A DNA stretch of 64,000 bases from an uncultured delta proteobacterium. Lineage in GTDB: Bacteria > Myxococcota_A > Polyangia > Polyangiales > JAFGIB01. A model generated the notes under the pieces. It saw only the letters and a list, made by a program, of their open reading frames with translations. It did no database searches and was not told the DNA's origin. The DNA is taken from positions 736,001 through 800,000 of the forward strand of contig CAVZVA010000005.1 in NCBI GenBank assembly GCA_963778655.1. The letters run 5' to 3'. Positions 32,273-40,963 of the stretch are shown here, one piece after another (position 1 is the first letter of the stretch; every line of letters begins with the position of its first letter). A program made the position numbers and the translations under genes.

Positions 32273-33388
32273 ATGCATCAGGGCGTCCAAGCATTGATTT
32301 CTTGGATTTCCGAGAATACCGGAACGGCGGGCTTGAGCTTGCGGGGCCCGGCGACGGTCGCGGAGCTCAACCAGGTCGAAGACGCGCTGATGTCGCCGCT
32401 GCCCACCGACCTGCGGTTGCTGCTCGGTCGTTGGAACGGCGGGCAGCTGCCCTCGGGCACGCTGCTCAGCGCGGGCGGCGAAGGCGAGGACAGCATGCTG
32501 GGCGCGCTGCAGGGACTGGCGCGCAAGGCGGGACGGCCGAAGGGCGACGCGGAGCTGCCGCTGCCGTACTTCCGTACCGTCGACGGGCCGTTGCTCTCCT
32601 TCGATCGCGGGGCCGGACCGGTCGCCGATACCTGGCCGATCGTGGATGGCACCTTCGAGGGCGAGCAGCGCCTGGTGCACCGCACCTTCGACGGCTGGTG
32701 CCGGGTGTGCTTGCTGGAATGGAACGCGAGCGACTTCGCGCAGCCGTTCTCGCTGGAGAAGTATCTGGGCAGCGGGCGGCGTCATGTCCAGATCGAGCCC
32801 GACGTGTCTTCGGCGCACGCGACCGTGGCGCACGCGCTCCGGCGCAGCGGCGAGCCGCTCGCCGCGCTCGCCAGCTACCTGCAAGCGGGCCGCTGCGTGC
32901 CGCCCCTGCCGTGGTGCGATTGGGAAGCGCTCAAGCTTGCGCTGCTGCTCGGCGATACGGGATCGGCGATGGAAGCGGCGCGCAGGCTGTGCCAGCGTGC
33001 CCCCGCGGCGGCCTGGCGCGCGCGCGGCACCACGCCCGGTCAGGTGGCCGATGTGCTCGGCCTGCTCGCGCACGCGGTGGAGCCGGCCGACCCGCTGCTG
33101 CGCCTGCTGGACCAACTCGGGGCGCAGGCGCAGGGGGCCGAGCAACAGCACAGGATCGCCACCGTGCGGCGCGCCATCTTCAGCGGCGAGGCTCTGCCTC
33201 CGACGCAGGCGCCGCGCGCGCCCGCGATCGCGCCCCTGCCCGACCCCGCCGCCTTCTGGGACGCGCTCGAAGGCGCGTACCGCGAAGGCCGCGTCCGCGA
33301 CGAAGACCTGCTGCTCGAGCCGACCTACCGCCCCCTGGCCCGCCACCGCCCCCTCGCCGACCTGCTCAAGATCCGCCGCGACTTCTGA
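32273..33388 (+). CDS. SMI1/KNR4 (SUKH) domain protein with C-terminal TPR-like helical region
   Basis: GPATVAELNQVEDALMSPLPTDLRLLLGRWNGG; TFDGW; EPDVSSAHATVAHALRRSG..ALASY TPR-like segment. Confidence 0.75.
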   Translation: MHQGVQALISWISENTGTAGLSLRGPATVAELNQVEDALMSPLPTDLRLLLGRWNGGQLPSGTLLSAGGEGEDSMLGALQGLARKAGRPKGDAELPLPYFRTVDGPLLSFDRGAGPVADTWPIVDGTFEGEQRLVHRTFDGWCRVCLLEWNASDFAQPFSLEKYLGSGRRHVQIEPDVSSAHATVAHALRRSGEPLAALASYLQAGRCVPPLPWCDWEALKLALLLGDTGSAMEAARRLCQRAPAAAWRARGTTPGQVADVLGLLAHAVEPADPLLRLLDQLGAQAQGAEQQHRIATVRRAIFSGEALPPTQAPRAPAIAPLPDPAAFWDALEGAYREGRVRDEDLLLEPTYRPLARHRPLADLLKIRRDF

Positions 33389-33423
33389 AGCGGTCGCCCC
33401 ATCGATCGTTCCTCGATCGAAGC

Positions 33424-34317
33424 TCAGCCGCAGACGCGGTTGCGACCGCTTCTTTTGGCCTGATACAGCATCTCGTCGGCGGCCTTGTAGAACGCCTTCA
33501 GGTCCATGCCCTTCTTCAGCTCCGCCACGCCGATCGAGATGGTCACCTTGATCTGCTCGCCCTCGACCAGAAACGAGTGCTGCTCCACCAGCCCGCGCAG
33601 CTCCTCGGCGATCTTGATCGCGCCAGCAAGCGGCGTCTCGGGCAGCACCGCGCAGAACTCCTCGCCGCCGTAGCGGCCGAGCTCATCGTCGGGACGCAAG
33701 CGCTTCTCCAGAATGCTCGCCAGGTCGCGGAGCACCGAGTCGCCAGCCAGATGCCCATAGGTGTCGTTGACGTTCTTGAAGTGATCGATGTCGATCATCA
33801 ACGCGGAGAGCTCGCGCTCGTGTCGCAGCGCCCGCGGGATCTCCTTGGCCAGCACGTTGTCGAGCTGCTTCTTGTTGCTGACGTCGGTGAGCCCGTCCGT
33901 GATCGTCATGTTGAAGATCGTCTCGTGGTACTGGGCTTCCACGTCCGATCCGGACAGGTACTTGAAGATCGTGTCGCCGATCTTGAGCTGGTCTCCGCGG
34001 CGCAGCTGGCAGGCGGACACGGGCTCGGGCTCGTCGTTGACGAAGGTGCCGTTGGTCGAGTCGAGGTCGACCACGTAGAAGTACCCGTCGCGATGCTCGA
34101 CCTTGGCGTGCCGCCGCGAAACGCTGTCGCTGTCGAGCACGATGTCGTTGTCGCGGTCGCGCCCGATGCTGGTCAGCTCCTTGTGGAGCACGTGCCGCTT
34201 TCCGAGATCGGACTGTACTGGCGCGTAAATCACCACCAGGCAGTCGTCGCCCTTGCGCTTGACCTTGAGCTCCTCGAGCGTCGTTACTCGGGTCTTGATG
34301 TCGTGATCAGAGTCCAC
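33424..34317 (-). CDS. FHA-GGDEF diguanylate cyclase
   Basis: FHA IGRD..VSRRHA..STNGT; DIDHFKNVNDTYGHLAGD; RPDD I-site; YGGEEF. Confidence 0.95.
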   Translation of the reverse strand: MDSDHDIKTRVTTLEELKVKRKGDDCLVVIYAPVQSDLGKRHVLHKELTSIGRDRDNDIVLDSDSVSRRHAKVEHRDGYFYVVDLDSTNGTFVNDEPEPVSACQLRRGDQLKIGDTIFKYLSGSDVEAQYHETIFNMTITDGLTDVSNKKQLDNVLAKEIPRALRHERELSALMIDIDHFKNVNDTYGHLAGDSVLRDLASILEKRLRPDDELGRYGGEEFCAVLPETPLAGAIKIAEELRGLVEQHSFLVEGEQIKVTISIGVAELKKGMDLKAFYKAADEMLYQAKRSGRNRVCG

Positions 34318-34532
34318 TTGCGTACAATTCTGGGCGGCCCCAGACCAAAACGGGCCTCTCCAAGCGTACTGCCTCCGGCATTAGCCAGTCCAGCTCGTGC
34401 ATCGGGACCGCGCCGGCCGCTCCGCATGCCGCGGCCCTGACACCGTACCTCGGCCTACGCTGTCGCACACCGGCCTTTGGGTATCGGATGCGCACCGCGA
34501 GCGTGAGCGAGCCGCACTCCGGCGCGCGAGCG

Positions 34533-34562
34533 TTGACATGCCGCGAACCGCCGGAATACTAC
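34533..34562 (+). promoter_or_regulatory. Possible sigma70 promoter for the HD-GYP gene
   Basis: Perfect TTGACA at 34533-34538 followed 16-18 nt later by AT-rich aatactac; the -10 match is imperfect. Confidence 0.4.
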
Positions 34563-34640
34563 TAAAGCACCGGTTGTGGTGCCGGCAACGCAGGTTCTGA
34601 CGCCGCATCGCGGCGCGCTGCGCGCGTGATTCAGGGCTGA

Positions 34641-36167
34641 ATGCACGAAACCAGGCCTGCCGACGAAATCAGCGCCGCCGCCGCGAGCGACACGCCGACC
34701 ATTCTGGTGGTCGACGACGAGCACGTCATTCGCGAGATCCTGGCCGACTTCCTCACCATGGAGGGATTCAACGTGCGCACGGCCAAGGACGGTCAGGCCG
34801 CGCTCGGCGAGCTCTCGCGCATGCGCTTCGACCTGGTGTTGAGCGACCTCAAGATGCCCAACCTGGGGGGCATCGAGCTGCTCGAGGCGATCTCGTTGCA
34901 CACCCCCAACGTGATCACCATCATCATGACGGGCTTCGGCACCGTGGAAACCGCGATCGATGCGATGAAGCGCGGCGCCTACGACTACATCATGAAGCCG
35001 TTCAAGATGGAGGAAGTCGTCCACACCGTGCGGCGGGGCCTGGAGCGCAAGAAGCTGCAGGCCGAGAATCTGCGGCTCAAAGAAGCGCTGTCTCTGTACA
35101 AGGTGAGCGAGGCAATCGCCAACAGCCTTTCGCTGGACGAGGTCATCGGCACGGTGATCAACGCGGCGATCGACGAGGTCGACGCCGACGCTGTGATGGT
35201 GCTGCTCGACGACGGCGAGGGTGGGTTCTTCGAGCGCGCCCGGGTGATGAATCCCGACTTCCATCCAGGCCCGGAGTTCGATCTCGGCAAGCTGTCGGTC
35301 GAGGGGCTGGAGCAGCACTTCAAGGACGAACGACGGCTGAAGGTCCACGGACGGCAGGGCCTGCAGTTCTTCGCCGAGCCCCCGCGCGGCGTCGAGCTCG
35401 CATCGCTGATGGCGACGCACATGACGATGACGGCGCGAGCGATCGGCTACATGGTCGTGTGCAGCTTCACGCCGGGCAAGATCTTCGACGAAGGCCAGCG
35501 CAAGCTGCTGCGCATCGTGGCCGATCGGGCCGCGGCCTCGATCGAGAACGCCAAGCTCTACGAGAATCTCAAGGGGACCTTCCGCCAGACGATCCGCGGC
35601 CTGGCGAGCGCCATCGACAAGATGGACCGCTACACCTCGGGCCACTCCGAGCGCGTGGCCGCGTACTCGCAGTTGCTCGCGATCAAGCTCGGGCTGCCCG
35701 AGCCGCAGATCGAGATCGTGCGACAGTCGGCGTTGATGCACGACATCGGCAAGATCGGTTGCGTGCTCAACCTCAACAAGCCCGGCATCCTGAGCGAGCG
35801 CGAGTATGAGATCTTCAAGCGCCATCCCGGGTACGGCAAGGACATCCTGCAGCCGATCGAATTCCTGCAGCCGTTGATCCCGGGCGTGCACTGCCACCAC
35901 GAGCGCTGGGACGGGAACGGCTATCCGCTGGGGCTCGAGGGCAAGGACATTCCGATGATGGCGCGCATCATCTCGGTCGCCGACGTCTACGACGCGATGA
36001 CCAGCGATCGCGCCTACCGCAAGGCCCTGCCGCACGCCGCCACGGTTTCCGAGATCACACGCTGCGCCGGCAGCCAGTTCGATCCCGCGCTTGCGCTCGA
36101 GTTCGTCGAGGTGATCGAGGCGCACCGCAGGGATTGCCTCGAGCGCGGCGAACCCCTGCCCGAGTGA
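34641..36167 (+). CDS. REC-GAF-HD-GYP cyclic-di-GMP phosphodiesterase
   Basis: REC ILVVDDE..SDLKMP..MTG..KPF; GAF; GHSERV, LMHDIGK, HHERWDGNGYP, ADVYDAMTSDRAYRK. Confidence 0.94.
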   Translation: MHETRPADEISAAAASDTPTILVVDDEHVIREILADFLTMEGFNVRTAKDGQAALGELSRMRFDLVLSDLKMPNLGGIELLEAISLHTPNVITIIMTGFGTVETAIDAMKRGAYDYIMKPFKMEEVVHTVRRGLERKKLQAENLRLKEALSLYKVSEAIANSLSLDEVIGTVINAAIDEVDADAVMVLLDDGEGGFFERARVMNPDFHPGPEFDLGKLSVEGLEQHFKDERRLKVHGRQGLQFFAEPPRGVELASLMATHMTMTARAIGYMVVCSFTPGKIFDEGQRKLLRIVADRAAASIENAKLYENLKGTFRQTIRGLASAIDKMDRYTSGHSERVAAYSQLLAIKLGLPEPQIEIVRQSALMHDIGKIGCVLNLNKPGILSEREYEIFKRHPGYGKDILQPIEFLQPLIPGVHCHHERWDGNGYPLGLEGKDIPMMARIISVADVYDAMTSDRAYRKALPHAATVSEITRCAGSQFDPALALEFVEVIEAHRRDCLERGEPLPE

Positions 36168-36240
36168 GCGGCGCCAGCGTGTCCCGCGGAACGGATTGAG
36201 TAGCAAGAGGGGACGAAAGCGCCGCCCGGCCGCGGCCGCC

Positions 36241-37983
36241 TCAGCCGCCGTGTGCTTCGCCGTCGCTGCGCCGTCGATCCGGCTCGGGCTCGGCCGCGGG
36301 CTCGGCGGCCTTCGCAGCCGCGGTTTTGGGCTCGGGCGGCGGTGGCCGCTGGCTGCCATCCGGGCCCTCGGTCGCGCTGGAGTCGGCGTCGCCCGCTTCC
36401 TCCTGCCAAGGATAGCGAATGCGGGTGTGGCGGATGCGGACCAGCGTGTCGGCAATGCGGTTGGAGAGCACGCGCAGGTCGCTGAGGCTCAGGCCCGAGG
36501 CGTCGAGCTGCCCCTGGCGGAGCTTGCTGAAGATCACCCGCTGCACCAGCTGCTCGAATGCGTCGTGCGTGGGAGGATCGACCGTGCGCGCGCCGGCTTC
36601 GATCGAGTCGATCAACATCAGGATCGCCGTCTCCTTGGTGCGCGGCGCCATCCCGGGATAGCGGAACGTGCTGTCGTCTAGCCCCTTCGGGTTTCCCTGG
36701 CGTTGACACTTGTGCCAGAAGTACTCGATCAAGCTCGTGCCATGGTGCGTGTACACGAACTCGACCACCGGCTCCGGGATGCCGCCCTCGCGCAGGATGC
36801 GCACGCCCTCGATCACGTGCGCCATGATCGCGTCCGCGCTCACGTCTGGGTCGAGCTCCTCGTGCGGACTGACCTCGCCCGCGGCCAGATTCTCGACGTA
36901 GTACTTGGCCTGGCAGGTCTTGCCGAGGTCGTGATAGTAGGCGCCCGTGCGCGTCAACAGGGCGTCGGCGTGGATCGACGCGGCCGCGGCCTCCGCCAGG
37001 TTGGCCATCGCGCGCGAGTGCTCCCACGAGCCCGGTGCCTCGGCCGCCATCTTCTTGAGCAGCGGCTGATCGAGGTCGGTCAGGTTGAGCAGCTGGCCGC
37101 GCGACAGCACACCGAGCAGGCGCGACACCAGCGGCTGCAGCAGCAGCGCCAGCACGCCGGCGGCCAGGCCCGAAATCAGCGCCGCCGGGGGGCCCGAATT
37201 CCAGCGATCACCGAGTGCCGCCTGCAGCGAGAAGCCGTCGAAGATCTCCTTGGCGGCGATGTACACCGCGCAGCCCGAAAGGCCGGCGAGCAGGCCGGCC
37301 GCGATCAGCGCGAAGGTGCGCTTGCGCTCCTTCAGGTACATCGAGCCGGCTGCGCAACTGGTGAAGTAGGTGGCGCACACGATCGGATCGTAGGACACGA
37401 GCGAGGCGCTGATCAGCGCCATCACCGCGCTCATCAGCATGCCCGTGCGCCGGTCCAGGTAGAACGAGGCCCACAACGGCACCAGCGCGATCGGAACCAT
37501 GTGCGCCGAGACGTTCGTAAACAGCAGCAAGGCCTTGTTGCCGACCAGGAACAACAAGGCGAGCGTGACCAGACCGACCTGCGTGCGCAGCAACGTCCCC
37601 TGCCGCGCGGTGCCCTTGCGGAGGTAGGTGGTCATCATCAGCAGCACCAAGAAGTGCACCAAGAAGGATGCCGCCAGGTGGGTCAGGCGCGGCGGCCTTC
37701 GACCCCGCTCGTAGGAGCGCACCAGCGTGGCGAGGTTCTTGTCGGTGACGACCTCGCCGCGCGGGACGGTGTGAGTGACGGTGGCGAACTGCTGGCCGGA
37801 CGAGTCGGCCGTGCGGAGCGTGGTGCGCGGCAATCGCAGGCTGATCGGCGCCGGTTGCGTCGGGTCCACCCGCCAGGGCTCGAAGAAGGTCTCTCCGAAG
37901 TTGGCAAACGTGAGCACCGTGGCGAACACGGCGCTGAGCACGAAGCCGGAGATGGGTCCGGCGATCAGTCGAGTGCGCAGCAT
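36241..37983 (-). CDS. 7TM-HD phosphohydrolase (PgpH-like)
   Basis: Multiple TMs, then LLKKMAAEAPGSWEHS, YYHDLGK..YYVEN, AHVIEG, HHGTSLIEYF, FRYPG..PRTKETAILMLIDSIEA. Confidence 0.88.
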   Translation of the reverse strand: MLRTRLIAGPISGFVLSAVFATVLTFANFGETFFEPWRVDPTQPAPISLRLPRTTLRTADSSGQQFATVTHTVPRGEVVTDKNLATLVRSYERGRRPPRLTHLAASFLVHFLVLLMMTTYLRKGTARQGTLLRTQVGLVTLALLFLVGNKALLLFTNVSAHMVPIALVPLWASFYLDRRTGMLMSAVMALISASLVSYDPIVCATYFTSCAAGSMYLKERKRTFALIAAGLLAGLSGCAVYIAAKEIFDGFSLQAALGDRWNSGPPAALISGLAAGVLALLLQPLVSRLLGVLSRGQLLNLTDLDQPLLKKMAAEAPGSWEHSRAMANLAEAAAASIHADALLTRTGAYYHDLGKTCQAKYYVENLAAGEVSPHEELDPDVSADAIMAHVIEGVRILREGGIPEPVVEFVYTHHGTSLIEYFWHKCQRQGNPKGLDDSTFRYPGMAPRTKETAILMLIDSIEAGARTVDPPTHDAFEQLVQRVIFSKLRQGQLDASGLSLSDLRVLSNRIADTLVRIRHTRIRYPWQEEAGDADSSATEGPDGSQRPPPPEPKTAAAKAAEPAAEPEPDRRRSDGEAHGG

Positions 37984-37997
37984 GGAGGCCGAGCGAG

Positions 37998-39464
37998 ATG
38001 ACGCGGCCACGCTACACCCTTTTGGCCGAGCGCGCACGCGCGCGCGCGCCCGAGCTGGCGGCGCTGGGTGTGCTTGTCGTTGGAGCGCTGGCCTGGCCTT
38101 ACACGGTGGACGACGCGTTCATCACCGCGCGCTACGCGCGCAATCTGGCGGCCGGCTTCGGCTACGCGATGAATCCGCACCAGCCCAGCGACGGCGTGAC
38201 CGCGCCGCTGTGGCTGCTGCCGCAGTGGCTCGCGATCCGCGCCGGCGCGAGCGAGCTGGCGTTCGCCAAGGGCCTGGGCCTGGGCTGCGCCGTGCTGGCG
38301 AGCTGGTTCGTGCTGCACAGGCTGCGCGCGCGCTGCGGAGGAGGCGGGGCGGCCTGCGCGGCTGTGCCGTTGCTCGTGCTCTCGCCCTCGCTCGGCACCT
38401 GGGGCAGCGCAGGCTTGGAGACCGGCGCTGCCACGCTGGCTCTGACTGCGGCCGCGCTCGCCGCCACGCACAGACCGCAGCCGGCGGGCGCGCTGCTGGG
38501 CGGCTGCGTGGCCGCGCTGGCGTGGCTGCGCCCGGAGCTCGCGCTGCCCTGCGCCGTGCTGCTGGCGCATGCGCTGTGGCGCAGCCGAGCGGCCGGCTTG
38601 CGTGCGCTTGCGCTTGCGCTGCTCGGCGCGGTCAGTGTGGCGGCGTTTCGCGCGCTGGCGTTCGGGCACCTGCTGCCGCTGGCCTTCGAGGCCAAGGCCG
38701 GCTCGCTCGCGTACGGCCTGCGCTACACCGCGCAGAGCGTGGTGCTGGCGAGCTCGCTCGCGGGCATCGCGCTGGCGTATCTGGGCGCGCGATGTGGCCG
38801 CAGCGATGATCGCGCGCTCGGCTTCATGCTGCTGGCGCTGCTGGCTGCGCTGGTGTTGTGCGGCGGCGACTGGATGCCGGGCTACCGACTGCTCGTGCCC
38901 GGACTGCCGGCGTACGCGCTGCTGTGCGGCGTGGGCGTGGTGCGCTGCTGCGCGCGCCGGCCGTGGCTACGCGCGGCGCTGCTGACGTGCGCCTGCGTGG
39001 TACCCGCGGCCGACCTCGCCACCCGCGTGCCCGAGCTGCGGCAGAGCGCGCGGGTTCGCGAGCGCGCGCGGCCGCTGGCGCGCTGGCTGCACGAGCACGC
39101 GCGCTGCGTCGCGCTGGTCGACGTCGGCTACCTCGGCTACCAGAGCGGTGTGGAGGTGGTGGACCTCGGCGGGCTGACCGACCCGCGCATTGCCCGCATG
39201 CCCGGGAGCCACCTCAGCAAGCGCATCGAGCCCGGCTACCTCGCCGCGCGCGATCCGGACGCAATCGTGCTGCACAGCACGCTTCCACCGCGCGTCGGCG
39301 CGGACGGACGCTTGCTCGCATTTGCGGGCTTCGCGGTGGAGCAGCGGCTGGCTCGGCTGCCGTTCGTGCGCACGCGCTTCCGAGTCGACCACGTGCTGGC
39401 GTACGCGCCGCGCTACTACTACATCGTGCTGCGGCGCACGCTCACGGCTGCCCGCGGTAGGTGA
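37998..39464 (+). CDS. GT-C-fold membrane glycosyltransferase-like protein (AftB-like motifs); start uncertain
   Basis: VDDAFITARYARNLAAGFG..N..DGVTAPLW, GLET, RPE, GGDWMPGYRLLVP, DVGYLGY..VVDLGGLTD. Confidence 0.75.
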   Translation: MTRPRYTLLAERARARAPELAALGVLVVGALAWPYTVDDAFITARYARNLAAGFGYAMNPHQPSDGVTAPLWLLPQWLAIRAGASELAFAKGLGLGCAVLASWFVLHRLRARCGGGGAACAAVPLLVLSPSLGTWGSAGLETGAATLALTAAALAATHRPQPAGALLGGCVAALAWLRPELALPCAVLLAHALWRSRAAGLRALALALLGAVSVAAFRALAFGHLLPLAFEAKAGSLAYGLRYTAQSVVLASSLAGIALAYLGARCGRSDDRALGFMLLALLAALVLCGGDWMPGYRLLVPGLPAYALLCGVGVVRCCARRPWLRAALLTCACVVPAADLATRVPELRQSARVRERARPLARWLHEHARCVALVDVGYLGYQSGVEVVDLGGLTDPRIARMPGSHLSKRIEPGYLAARDPDAIVLHSTLPPRVGADGRLLAFAGFAVEQRLARLPFVRTRFRVDHVLAYAPRYYYIVLRRTLTAARGR

Positions 39465-40287
39465 ACGCCAGCAGCGGAACGCCCAGCAGGTCGAAGAGGG
39501 TGGGCGCGGCCAGGCGGACGCGGCGATCGTTCTTGAGCGCGCGCAGGAACGCGAGGTCGAGCGCCCAGCTCGGGTGTGCGCTGATGCGCGCGCCGTAGCC
39601 GGCGACGTACAGCGGCAGGTCGATCAACGGCAGCTTGCGCGCCGCGTTGAACAGCGTGCTGTACTCGAGCAGCAGGCTGACGTCCGAGGAAACCCGGGCG
39701 GTGAAGCCCGCGCCCAGGCCGAGCGGCAATATGGTGTCGGGCTCGTCGTGTGCAACCACCATCGCCGCCAGGCTCAGGCTGGTACGGCACGCCCGCTCGA
39801 AACAGATCTGCGCGTCGGCCCCGACGCGGCCGAAGACCAGGGCGCTGCCGGTCTGACCGTGGATGTAGTCGGCGCTGCTCTGCAGCGCGAGCCGCAGCAC
39901 GCGGCTGCGCAGAACGTTCGCCTTGAGGCTCAGCTCGACGAAGCCGCTGCGCAGATTGGTGGTGCCGGTGATCGAGGCGTGGAGGCGATCGGTGAAGGCG
40001 TAGCCAGCGGAGAGCAGCACGATTTCGTAGCTCGACGCGAACAGCGTGCCTTTTGGCTGCGTCTCCGCGGTGGGCACCACCAGGACGCGGTCGGCGTGCG
40101 CGTCGGTGTGGCGCGCGCTCAGCGGCGGCTGGGCCGCGGCGGCCGGCGAAGGCTCGGGTGCGGGAGCGGCGGGCGGGGCTTGTCCGCGCGCCGCGCTGGC
40201 GATCAGCGACGCCAGCGCGACGAGACCCAGCGCGAGATCGGCTCGGCCCCGCGCTTTGGCGGCTCTCGGCGCAAGACTTTCGGGCAT
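39442..40287 (-). CDS. Exported hypothetical protein (possible outer-membrane beta-barrel)
   Basis: Signal-like hydrophobic N-terminus, Pro-rich linker, PTAETQPKG, alternating beta-strand patterns; 23-bp convergent overlap with the previous gene. Confidence 0.65.
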   Translation of the reverse strand: MPESLAPRAAKARGRADLALGLVALASLIASAARGQAPPAAPAPEPSPAAAAQPPLSARHTDAHADRVLVVPTAETQPKGTLFASSYEIVLLSAGYAFTDRLHASITGTTNLRSGFVELSLKANVLRSRVLRLALQSSADYIHGQTGSALVFGRVGADAQICFERACRTSLSLAAMVVAHDEPDTILPLGLGAGFTARVSSDVSLLLEYSTLFNAARKLPLIDLPLYVAGYGARISAHPSWALDLAFLRALKNDRRVRLAAPTLFDLLGVPLLAFTYRGQP

Positions 40288-40373
40288 GCCCGGTCGCACT
40301 GATGATGCACCACGCGATCGGGTGGCGTCAGCATTTGCGAGCGTGCTCCCTTCGGTGGCAAGCTACTGCGGTT

Positions 40374-40943
40374 ATGCCCTCGTCACTGGCCCCGGGCTTT
40401 TTGGTCGCCGCGCCGTCCTTGCTCGACCCGAACTTCAGGCGGTCGGTCGTGCTGCTGGTCGAGCACCTGCCGGAGGGCTCGCTCGGCTTCGTGGTCAACC
40501 GGCCGGCGGACGTGGAGCTGCGCTCGATGCTGGACCAACTCGGGCTCACCGCGTCCGCCTCGCAGCGCCTGCGATCGCCCGTGCTGGTCGGCGGACCCGT
40601 TCTGCCGCAGAGAGGCTGGGTGGTGTTCGAGCAGGGACGGGTCAGCGCCGGTAGCGACGACGTCGTGCGCATCTCGGATCGGCTGGCGGCCAGCGCCTCG
40701 CGCGAGTTGCTTGAGGCGCTGATCTGCGACGACGGTCCGGAGCGCATGCTGCTAATCCTCGGCTACGCGGGTTGGGGGCCGGGGCAGCTCGACGCCGAGA
40801 TCGCGCAGGGTGCGTGGATTCCCGTCGACTTCGACGAACGCATCGTGTTCGACACGCCCTTCGACGACCGCTGGTCGAGCACCTTGCGCATTCTCGGCAT
40901 CGATCCGGCGCGGCTCTCGATGGGGACGCCCTCGGAGAGCTGA
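40374..40943 (+). CDS. yqgE: YqgE/AlgH family protein
   Basis: [46 protein letters not shown]. Confidence 0.94.
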   Translation: MPSSLAPGFLVAAPSLLDPNFRRSVVLLVEHLPEGSLGFVVNRPADVELRSMLDQLGLTASASQRLRSPVLVGGPVLPQRGWVVFEQGRVSAGSDDVVRISDRLAASASRELLEALICDDGPERMLLILGYAGWGPGQLDAEIAQGAWIPVDFDERIVFDTPFDDRWSSTLRILGIDPARLSMGTPSES

Positions 40944-40963
40944 GCGCCGGCCCGCCGGAACGC

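Noticed and set aside
33424..34317. Hypr-type (cGAMP-making) GGDEF
   Set aside because: It retains Asp in GHLAGD rather than the Ser I associate with Hypr enzymes.
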